Virus record (IMG/VR): IMGVR_UViG_3300042923_000815
Coordinates: 1 to 63,189 of that record
Length of the DNA: 63,189 nucleotides
DNA from: a virus
Taxonomy: Duplodnaviria > Caudoviricetes
Direction: 5' to 3' (one strand)
Made by a program: the position numbers and the translations under genes. The number at the start of each line of letters is the position of its first letter. The stretch's first letter is position 1. Below the pieces are notes generated by a model. It did not search any database, was not told where the DNA came from, and saw nothing but the letters and a program-made list of their open reading frames with translations. This document shows positions 56,020 through 63,189 of this stretch, piece by piece.

Positions 56020-57564
56020 CTACTCTTTAACTGCTAGTTGTAAAAAAGATATTACCTCTGCAATCACGTCGGACCAATTCCCTGGCGATTGTTGACGAAA
56101 AAGGCGCATAGTTGGATACCAAGGGGAAATGCTTATTTTAGTAAGCCACCGCCACTCTGATTTAAATGGTAGAAGTAGAAATGTTTGTTTACCTAACGCT
56201 CCAGCTAAATGAGCAACAGCCGTATCAACAGTAATAATAATATCTAAATTAGAAATAGCACCTGCTGTTTCAAGAAAATCATCCAAATAAGGACCAAAAT
56301 CTAGAAGGTTAGATGAGCTAAGTGCTTCTTCAATTGATTGTCCTTTTTGCAAGCTAACAAATGATACACCTGGGATTCTAATTAAAGATTGAAATTCTTC
56401 AAAGGGTATTGACTTCTCAGGAAAGGGTTGTGGTTTCGCCCCCCATACAATGCCAACTTTTATTGATTTTAGATGATCAACCCTTTTCTCCCATTTTTGG
56501 ACAATAGCAGGATTAACTGTTATATAGGGAACTTCACTAGGAATAGAGTCTAATGTTGTTTTTAAAAGATGCGGAAGACTGAGTAATGGAACCCCGTAAT
56601 CGTAATTTTTTAAATTTTTTTCCCCAGTAACAATTTCGTCTACTCCTTTGAAATCTTTAAATAAGCGATATAACGGTTCCGTACACCATAAGGATACTAA
56701 TCCTCCAAGCTCTTTAACCTTAGGAATATAACGAATAAACTGTATACAATCACCAAAACCTTGCTCACAAAATACTAGCAACCTCTTATCCTTAAAAGAT
56801 CCTCCATGCCATTGTGGAATCATTTTAGTGTATGTATAGTCATCTGCTCGCCACTGTAAACGCTTCTCATATTCTTGAAAACCTTCTTGCAAATGACCCG
56901 ATTGCAAGAGAGATTGAGCAAGATTAAATCTATTTATCAATTCATTTGGCGCAAGACTAATCGCGTGTTTATAGTATTTTACCGCCTCTTCTTGACGGTT
57001 TTGATTATCAAGTAACCTTCCTAAGTTTTGATATCCTAGATGGAATTTGGGTAGCAAGCGAATACATTCTCTGTAAGCAAATTCTGCTTCTTTCCACATG
57101 TTTAAGTGCGAAAATGCATTCCCAATATTATAATAATAATAAGCATTATCAGGTTGATTTTTTATTGCAAATTTATATAACTCTAATGCCTCTATTACTT
57201 TCCCTTGTGCCTTACTTATCATACCTAACAAAGCAAATCCTTCTGCATATGTAGGATTCTTATCAATAATTTTTAAGCATAACTGTTTGGATTCTTCTAG
57301 CTTACCTTGATCCCAATAAATTTTGGCTATAATAAGCAGGGCATCTGGGTGATCCTCTTCTCTTTTTAGCACCGATAATGCTAAATTATAAGCTTCTGCT
57401 TTTTTGCCTAGTTTTAGTAATATTTCGCCAGATAATAATGCTTTTTCTATTGATTCTGGCTTTAATTTATGAAGTTTTTGGCAATATGCTAAAGCTTCAT
57501 TATATTTTCCTTGCTTATCGCATAATCTTGCTAATTCTAAATATTTCTTAAATTTTTTTTCCAT
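56020..57564 (-). CDS. TPR-repeat GT-B glycosyltransferase (GT9-like C-terminus)
   Basis: N-terminal TPRs, EQGFGDCIQF, VDTAVAHLAGALG, PWYPTMRLFRQ. Confidence 0.88.
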   Translation of the reverse strand: MEKKFKKYLELARLCDKQGKYNEALAYCQKLHKLKPESIEKALLSGEILLKLGKKAEAYNLALSVLKREEDHPDALLIIAKIYWDQGKLEESKQLCLKIIDKNPTYAEGFALLGMISKAQGKVIEALELYKFAIKNQPDNAYYYYNIGNAFSHLNMWKEAEFAYRECIRLLPKFHLGYQNLGRLLDNQNRQEEAVKYYKHAISLAPNELINRFNLAQSLLQSGHLQEGFQEYEKRLQWRADDYTYTKMIPQWHGGSFKDKRLLVFCEQGFGDCIQFIRYIPKVKELGGLVSLWCTEPLYRLFKDFKGVDEIVTGEKNLKNYDYGVPLLSLPHLLKTTLDSIPSEVPYITVNPAIVQKWEKRVDHLKSIKVGIVWGAKPQPFPEKSIPFEEFQSLIRIPGVSFVSLQKGQSIEEALSSSNLLDFGPYLDDFLETAGAISNLDIIITVDTAVAHLAGALGKQTFLLLPFKSEWRWLTKISISPWYPTMRLFRQQSPGNWSDVIAEVISFLQLAVKE

Positions 57565-57837
57565 CTATTTGCACCTTCATTATGAAATATTTTAATATTT
57601 TTTACTAAAACTTCTGCTATTTGTATATTTTTTAGAAAAGTAATTTATCATATAATTACTTAATTCTCCAAATTATGAATCTTCCCTTTCTAATTTTTAT
57701 AATATAATAAAAGAATCTCCTACCAATTATATGGAGGAATCTTGAAATATTTACTAGCACAGCCATATCCTTATTTATGATATAATAATAACTATTATTA
57801 TGTAAACTAAATTATTATAAATAGAAAGGGTGATATT

Positions 57838-58656
57838 ATGCGCCCAGTATGGAAAGGTATGCTGTCTTTTGGTCTTGTAAATGTACCTGTAACTCTTTAC
57901 AAGGCTACCCGCTCCAAAACTATTAGTTTTAACCAGTTGCGGAAAAGTGATTATAGCAGGATTCAATACAAAAAAGTGGCTACTGATGGCACGGAAGTCA
58001 AGGCAGACGAAATTGTTAAAGGCTATGAAATTTCCCAAGATCGTTATGTTGTTATAACAAAAAATGATCTAGAAGCAATTGCACCAAAATCAAGTAGAAT
58101 TATAGAAATCTCCGATTTCGTTAGAATTGAAGAAATTGATAATCGCTTTTTCGATAGCTCATATTACCTACTGCCCGATCAAGGAGCGAGTAAAGCATAT
58201 TCATTGTTGCTGAAAAGCATGGAAGAGGAAAAGGTAGTCGGCATTGCTCGCTTTGTACTCCGCGATAAAGAGTATCTTGCAGCTATTCGCCCCACTGGGC
58301 AAGCAATTACACTTACGACTATGCGTTTTGCAGATGAAGTGGTCGACGTACGTGAAATTGAAAATGATTTGCCAGCAAATATTGAGCTAACCGACAAAGA
58401 AATGAAAATGGCTAAAACTCTAATTAATTCATTAGTTACCAATTTTGATGCTACCAAATATGAAAACGAATACCATAAGCAAGTCCTTGAAATGATCAAT
58501 AAAAAGGCAGGCAATGAGCAAACCGTAATTGCAACTGCTGATACGTCACCATACTATCATGATTTAATGGCTGCTATAGAGGCAAGTTTGGCCGAAATCA
58601 AGAAAAATGATAGCAAGAAGAAAGCACCTAAAAAACCTAAATCTAAAACAGCATAA
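57838..58656 (+). CDS. ku: Ku (NHEJ DNA end-binding protein)
   Basis: MRPVWKGMLSFGLVNVPV, IVKGYE, YYLLP, DLMAAIEASL. Confidence 0.95.
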   Translation: MRPVWKGMLSFGLVNVPVTLYKATRSKTISFNQLRKSDYSRIQYKKVATDGTEVKADEIVKGYEISQDRYVVITKNDLEAIAPKSSRIIEISDFVRIEEIDNRFFDSSYYLLPDQGASKAYSLLLKSMEEEKVVGIARFVLRDKEYLAAIRPTGQAITLTTMRFADEVVDVREIENDLPANIELTDKEMKMAKTLINSLVTNFDATKYENEYHKQVLEMINKKAGNEQTVIATADTSPYYHDLMAAIEASLAEIKKNDSKKKAPKKPKSKTA

Positions 58657-58658
58657 AG

Positions 58659-58684
58659 AAACTCCCTATAAGTTTAGGGAGTTT
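58659..58684. terminator. Bidirectional terminator
   Basis: AAACTCCCTA/TAGGGAGTTT between convergent genes. Confidence 0.75.
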
Positions 58685-58687
58685 TTC

Positions 58688-58927
58688 TTATTTCCTTTCC
58701 ATGAACCATTTACCTTCATCATCGAATAAATGAACCTGCTTGCCCATGATCTTACAGGTATAGCGTATACCAACACCGCCACCCTTTAATGATGCAGCTT
58801 GGCGCACATCTATAAGACGGTCCACTTCAAAGACTCTTCCGTCTTCCCATTTGATTGATAATGGACGCACATTGCCGTATGTATCATGTTTTGCTATGAC
58901 TTCTACAAATACCTTGTAATCACTCAT
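58688..58927 (-). CDS. Small conserved Firmicute protein, likely SOS-regulated
   Basis: P.SIKWEDGRVFEVDR...ASLKGGGVGIRYTC, with a LexA box upstream. Confidence 0.75.
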   Translation of the reverse strand: MSDYKVFVEVIAKHDTYGNVRPLSIKWEDGRVFEVDRLIDVRQAASLKGGGVGIRYTCKIMGKQVHLFDDEGKWFMERK

Positions 58928-58944
58928 TTTTAACACCTCTAAAC

Positions 58945-58958
58945 AGAACATATGTTTG
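58945..58958. promoter_or_regulatory. Firmicute LexA (SOS) box
   Basis: AGAACATATGTTTG matches GAAC-N4-GTTY and lies 18 bp upstream of the ATG. Confidence 0.75.
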
Positions 58959-59075
58959 CTTTTATTTTATGATTTAGCGAGGTAAAAAACAAGTTGTAAA
59001 TGTTGGGAAAAAACCGCCTCAATTGGCGGCTACTATTTATCGGCACTTATCACAATATCCCTTATTCCCGACTTA

Positions 59076-59552
59076 TTACTTTCTAATTTTTTCAGGTGCT
59101 AAGCAAATCCACCCCATACATTTAGAAAAGCTTCCTGTCCATTTTAATGAATCTAAAAACATTTCAGATCCGACCTCTAGCCGATCTGCTATATATGGTA
59201 GTTGAATTTTATCGGTCGACTTCGAAACTAACGGTATTGTAGATGTAGAATGCAATAGCTCCCATAATTCTCCTGTGTCATCAATGCTGCATCCAACAGT
59301 TAGAATTGGTACTTTATCACCTTCATATTCCCCAAATAGAGTAATCAATGACCCTATAGGTGTTTCGGTGCTTTTAATGCTATATCCATTATGCAAATCA
59401 GTCTCTTCTCTTAGTGATTTTTTAAATAGTCCCCTTAACTCAAAATATAAATCCTTATCGATTTCTTCTGGATAAGTCTTGCGACAATGACCAGTAGTTA
59501 AGGTTATGTGATTTAAATAGCTTATGGTCATATCTCTTTTTCTACTGTTCAT
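59076..59552 (-). CDS. Hypothetical protein, last gene of the ibrAB operon
   Basis: YLNHITLTTGH motif. Followed by hairpin CCGCC/GGCGG (59014-59029). Confidence 0.65.
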   Translation of the reverse strand: MNSRKRDMTISYLNHITLTTGHCRKTYPEEIDKDLYFELRGLFKKSLREETDLHNGYSIKSTETPIGSLITLFGEYEGDKVPILTVGCSIDDTGELWELLHSTSTIPLVSKSTDKIQLPYIADRLEVGSEMFLDSLKWTGSFSKCMGWICLAPEKIRK

Positions 59553-59757
59553 TAATTCGACTCCCCCACAACCTTTTAGCTGCATCAGGACTAATAAGCC
59601 ATCCTAGACAAGTTTCCACGGCTTCATTTTCTGTAAAACGTCCGGATTTGCAAGCAAGAAAAACATTCTGCCGAGCTAAATTATATTTTTCAGCAACTTT
59701 ACTAGTGGAAGGCCATTCTTTTAGATCTTGCAATTTAAACTTTTTGTTTTCGCTCAT
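59542..59757 (-). CDS. Small HTH DNA-binding protein
   Basis: STSKVAEKYNLARQNV..ACKSGRF...WLIS. Confidence 0.75.
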   Translation of the reverse strand: MSENKKFKLQDLKEWPSTSKVAEKYNLARQNVFLACKSGRFTENEAVETCLGWLISPDAAKRLWGSRINEQ

Positions 59758-59758
59758 T

Positions 59759-60382
59759 TTATATCTCCCACGCTTCCGAAAATTCTTTATCTGCAAACAT
59801 TTCAGCAAGTCCAGATATTTGTTTTAATCTCAACACTTCATCTGCTTCCATGCCTAACTCTTTGGCAATCTTTTCCTCGCTCCAATTACGCTTAGACAGA
59901 TCTTGAATTATCGCACTCATACCATCAACCGAGTGTTTACCTCTGGCTCTGTTGTGCCGAATAGTAGATGCCATCCGGTCCGTTTTATCTTGCCGATTAT
60001 CATTAATTATAGTTACTGGTAAATAACCATGAATACGCTCTTTTATATCCTTGCATTCTCTACCAACTCGATTCCGATGAAATCCGTCAATAACTTCATA
60101 GTGCCCATTATCACCAAAAGCAACTATAGGTTGCGTATAACCATCCTCGCGAATTGATAATTGTAATAGTTTCATTTCGGGAGGAGCTACACTGTTTGGA
60201 TTATAATCATTTGCAAAAACTTCATCTGCTAAAACCCATTGGATGCAATCCACTGGTTCATTTACAAAGGGGCTAATTTTATGTAATTCTCGACGTACTA
60301 AATTAAGTGCCTCAACTTTTTCTTTGTCGTCGAGAGATTGTATTTCTTTTAATATCACTTCTAAATTTGTTAATATCCCCAA
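59759..60382 (-). CDS. ibrB: IbrB-like ParB/Srx protein
   Basis: ANDYNPNSVAPPEM.LL..SI.EDGYTQPIV, IDGFHR, ASTIRHNRARGKH. Confidence 0.9.
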   Translation of the reverse strand: MGILTNLEVILKEIQSLDDKEKVEALNLVRRELHKISPFVNEPVDCIQWVLADEVFANDYNPNSVAPPEMKLLQLSIREDGYTQPIVAFGDNGHYEVIDGFHRNRVGRECKDIKERIHGYLPVTIINDNRQDKTDRMASTIRHNRARGKHSVDGMSAIIQDLSKRNWSEEKIAKELGMEADEVLRLKQISGLAEMFADKEFSEAWEI

Positions 60383-61569
60383 TGCTCACGCCTCCGCTTC
60401 ATTAGTTTTTTATATTTTTCATATGATTCCGATTTGGTTTGACTAAATGAAAGCCCTTTACACCAATAGTCGTTACGCAATAATGATTTACAAATTCTGC
60501 GCCAAGAAGGAACTTTTTTACTAGCCTCTTCCTTTGATGGAGCTTCATCTAGTATACCATTCGGATATCCTCTATCTTTATACCATTTTAAGAATACTGC
60601 TATTTTATTGCGGAAGTGCTCCTGCGTTAGTCCTGGCATACTACCAACTAACAGCATAGCAAATGATTCCCATGTATGTCCTGGTGGTTTCGCTATTTTA
60701 ATATTACCTAAAATATTACCAGACTCTTGAGCATATAATGCCCCGCCATTCGCTCCATTGACTCTCGCTACGATCTTGCTCCATGTTTCTGGTTCTATTA
60801 AATGAAAAAGCCATAACCCTTTTTTCTGATCATCGCCATACGGCTGGCAAATGCGTTGCTGGTGAATAGATAATCCAGCTTTATGCATATAATCGTAAAG
60901 CCTGTTATATTTCTTTCCGAATTTCCCATTATAGGTCCAAATATCTTCTGTTTTCCAGTCGTAAATAGGATATATATTAAAAAGGCCTTCACCGCACCAC
61001 GTCGTGTAGCTTTTATCCTTAAACATGCTTTTCCTTTTTGATGCAATTGTGCGGTATCTGTTTAAAGATTCGTCAGACCTAATACCGACAAAGCAAGCTG
61101 TAGCTTGTCCTTGCCCATACCACTTTCCAAAAGCAGGAACAAATTCCTCGAATTCCATATCGTAATGATAGAAAGAGAAATATTTGCGGTCTGTAATAGC
61201 TATTTCTGGAGGTTTTCGAACCCAGTCAACATTATCTCCCCAACATGTCCATTTAGGTTGATACTGCGATACTGCATTTCTAAGCGCAATCGGTAACGAT
61301 ATCCAATAAGGTTCTATATTGTCAACGTAAAGTTCATACATCTCAAGCGCATGTTGAATTGTTATTTTATATTGAGCCTCTAAATCAACTAGCAATACAC
61401 CAACTTTCCTATTACGTTTTATTGCTTCTGCCATTACTAAATGAAGCATTACGGATGAATCTTTACCACCAGAGAAGGAAACATAAATTTTAGGAAAAGT
61501 ATCAAACGTCCATGAAATACGTTCTTGTGATGCAGATAAAACATTTATTCCGATTGGTCGTTTAGCCAT
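60370..61569 (-). CDS. ibrA: IbrA-like PAPS-reductase family protein (DUF3440-like C-terminus)
   Basis: SFSGGKDS, GIRSDESLNR, YPIYDW, RICQPYGD, PSWRRIC..LLRNDYWC. Confidence 0.9.
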   Translation of the reverse strand: MAKRPIGINVLSASQERISWTFDTFPKIYVSFSGGKDSSVMLHLVMAEAIKRNRKVGVLLVDLEAQYKITIQHALEMYELYVDNIEPYWISLPIALRNAVSQYQPKWTCWGDNVDWVRKPPEIAITDRKYFSFYHYDMEFEEFVPAFGKWYGQGQATACFVGIRSDESLNRYRTIASKRKSMFKDKSYTTWCGEGLFNIYPIYDWKTEDIWTYNGKFGKKYNRLYDYMHKAGLSIHQQRICQPYGDDQKKGLWLFHLIEPETWSKIVARVNGANGGALYAQESGNILGNIKIAKPPGHTWESFAMLLVGSMPGLTQEHFRNKIAVFLKWYKDRGYPNGILDEAPSKEEASKKVPSWRRICKSLLRNDYWCKGLSFSQTKSESYEKYKKLMKRRREHWGY

Positions 61570-61910
61570 ATCATAGCTTCCTCCTTTGTTACGCGCCACA
61601 ATTCACCGTTCTCTATGTAAGCAAAATAACGATCATTTGTTTTCCATGATTGTGGAGAGTTGATTTCATACATGCCATCTTCTAAAAAATAATGTTTATA
61701 TACTCCACGTGTTCCTGCTCCATTTGAATCTGCATAATCCTTATTTGCTTTACAAAATTCCCGTTCAACGTAGTTTCCTCGAATACTTTTAATATTTGCA
61801 ACCCATGCTCTAGATGGAGGTTTGCCAAAGAGCATGGCGGCAATTCCGCCATTTACCCCTTTTAATCCCCCACCTTCTCCAATACATTCCAAAGCTATAT
61901 GATATACCAA
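61545..61910 (-). CDS. Hypothetical protein overlapping ibrA
   Basis: AWVA...REF....DY..SNG.GTRGVY..Y.LEDG.YEI. Confidence 0.7.
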   Translation of the reverse strand: MVYHIALECIGEGGGLKGVNGGIAAMLFGKPPSRAWVANIKSIRGNYVEREFCKANKDYADSNGAGTRGVYKHYFLEDGMYEINSPQSWKTNDRYFAYIENGELWRVTKEEAMIWLNDQSE

Positions 61911-61946
61911 CTATCAAAACCTCCTTAATAATATGTCCAATCTGCA

Positions 61947-62363
61947 TTATTCATCCAATGTCCACGATATCGGTTTTGGGGTATATCCTGAATCTCTCGT
62001 CGCCCATTCTCTTGCCTTTTCACCAGCTTCTAGATAATCTGCAGTAATTTGTCTATCTGCAAATTCCAGCATAGTAACTAAGTCCCAATTATATTCTGCT
62101 TTTGCCTTGTCTATCATTTCATTTTTAACCTTTAATAATTTCAACAAGCGGTAATATCCTAGACTTTGTAAATTTTCTTCCCGATATTTTTCATACAACT
62201 CTTTACATGCTTTTTCTTTATTCTTTTTTAGTAATTCTGTTTTGCATTCAGGACTACATGCCATCTCTTCCAAATCTTCTTCTTTAAAAAATGATTTAAA
62301 TTCACTAGTTTCTATTTCTTTACCGCAAAATTTACATATTTTCATTTTGAAAAACTCCTCCAT
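61947..62363 (-). CDS. Zn-binding hypothetical protein, first gene of the operon
   Basis: CKFCGK...CSPEC. True start may be the second Met (GGAG RBS). Confidence 0.6.
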   Translation of the reverse strand: MEEFFKMKICKFCGKEIETSEFKSFFKEEDLEEMACSPECKTELLKKNKEKACKELYEKYREENLQSLGYYRLLKLLKVKNEMIDKAKAEYNWDLVTMLEFADRQITADYLEAGEKAREWATRDSGYTPKPISWTLDE

Positions 62364-62401
62364 TTTGTTATTTCCCGACGCCGAATCTTTAACTTGTCTT
62401 A

Positions 62402-62430
62402 ATTATAACATTACATACGTAACGTGTCAA
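62402..62430 (-). promoter_or_regulatory. Consensus sigma-A promoter with a palindromic operator in the spacer
   Basis: TTGACA-N17-TATAAT. ACATTACATACGTAACGT (62408-62425) is an imperfect palindrome. Confidence 0.85.
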
Positions 62431-62459
62431 TAGTAACGTCATAATATTTATACAAATAA

Positions 62460-62499
62460 AAAAGACCGCATTACTCTTAATTGAGTGATGCGGTCTTTT
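62460..62499. terminator. Terminator after the second lysis-gene copy
   Basis: AAAAGACCGCATTACTC/GAGTGATGCGGTCTTTT. Confidence 0.8.
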
Positions 62500-62531
62500 G
62501 TGGATAATTCTATCTAATTTGTAGCGACCGT

Positions 62532-63182
62532 TTAAAACTTAATGCCAGCACCAGCATAAGCAGCGGATCGACTGCCTGCCAGTTGATAGGCACCAATTTT
62601 ACCGAGACTACCAGTATAACCAGCAGCCGGCTCAACCTTGCCTTTAGTAAACATTGCTCCGGCTGTTATAACATTGTGTCTCGTCAAATCAACCGTAGGG
62701 ATTTCAGCTTGAATTGTGATTGTGCTGGTCTGTTTTAAGTCGATCATATTTTTATCAAATACAAATTGTTCATCATCGGCTTTATCGAATTTACCGACTT
62801 TGCCATTTACCATGTAAATAAAGCTTTGTTTGCCAATATCAAATTTACCGTCTAACTTTGCAGGAGTAGCACCATGTGTATTTTTATCAACTGGCGTTAC
62901 TAGTACCTCTTTTACCTCTCCTGGCAGATACACGGTTTCCCCTGGAACATACTGAAGCTTTGTATCTGTAATGGTTTTAACTGTCTCCTTAACCATAGGA
63001 GGCTTATTTTTTTCTACCGCCAAGGCTTGTCTATCACCTTCTCCCAAAACATGCCCTATGGATAATCCTGTAACGATGCCTATAATTAAAGAGATTACGG
63101 CAACGATTATGAGAGTTCTAAGTGTATATTTTCCTGTGCCAAGTTTGGAGTTAATAAAGCTTAAAAGTTCTTCCTCACTCAT
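62532..63182 (-). CDS. Second, diverged copy of the lysis-cassette membrane protein (candidate spanin)
   Basis: Same 216-aa length as 557-1207. 5' part nearly identical, 3' part more diverged. Confidence 0.8.
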   Translation of the reverse strand: MSEEELLSFINSKLGTGKYTLRTLIIVAVISLIIGIVTGLSIGHVLGEGDRQALAVEKNKPPMVKETVKTITDTKLQYVPGETVYLPGEVKEVLVTPVDKNTHGATPAKLDGKFDIGKQSFIYMVNGKVGKFDKADDEQFVFDKNMIDLKQTSTITIQAEIPTVDLTRHNVITAGAMFTKGKVEPAAGYTGSLGKIGAYQLAGSRSAAYAGAGIKF

Positions 63183-63189
63183 TACGCAC

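Larger units (their letters stand above)
557..62531. mobile_element. Temperate myovirus-like prophage unit (about 62 kb repeat unit)
   Basis: Full modular order of integrase, immunity, replication, packaging, head, tail and lysis. The gene at 557-1207 recurs at 62532-63182, offset 61,975 bp. Boundaries are approximate. Confidence 0.9.

Noticed and set aside
59759-61569. Complete Dnd/Ssp phosphorothioation system
   Set aside because: No dndA/D/E or sspB/C equivalents recognised. The motifs match IbrA/IbrB instead.
62532-63189. Simple circular-assembly overlap or phage terminal repeat
   Set aside because: The copies are not identical and have different downstream neighbours. An artefactual overlap would be exact.
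1-63189. tRNA, rRNA, group I/II introns, inteins
   Set aside because: I noticed no cloverleaf or T-loop pattern and no interrupted core gene by eye. tRNAscan-SE and Infernal would be needed to exclude them.

Overview
The window is almost entirely one temperate myovirus-like prophage unit of about 62 kb from a low-GC Firmicute. A diderm Negativicute host is my inference, not something the sequence proves. Most genes lie on the minus strand. From right to left the modules are: large serine integrase (54361-55824, +); cI/cro switch with four 15-bp operators and an antirepressor; recombination and replication genes (SMC-like ATPase, UvrD helicase, two-domain clamp-like protein, initiator with internal iterons, SSB, RusA); a long accessory early region containing a Dcm / PAPS-reductase-like / radical-SAM cluster; packaging, head, contractile tail and baseplate genes (with a -1 frameshifted tail chaperone); two paralogous tail fibres with an SGNH esterase and a beta-propeller gene; and a lysis cassette. 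Right of the integrase lies an intact-looking 48-bp attP-like palindrome (55828-55875). It is followed by cargo (TPR-glycosyltransferase, orphan Ku, a LexA-box gene, a six-gene ibrAB operon) and then a second, diverged copy of the last lysis-cassette gene, offset by 61,975 bp. This suggests tandem related prophages, or a whole phage circle recombined into a relative. The best candidates for something new are: (1) an 'inverted' one-component spanin with an N-terminal TM helix and a C-terminal four-strand beta-barrel signal; (2) the self-contained ibrAB operon; (3) a promoter-driven non-coding element with a perfect 23-bp inverted repeat in the head module; (4) the Dcm / PP-loop / radical-SAM cluster; (5) repeated putative fibre-docking motifs alongside two fibres. 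All protein family calls come from motif recognition and gene order; no database searches were run.
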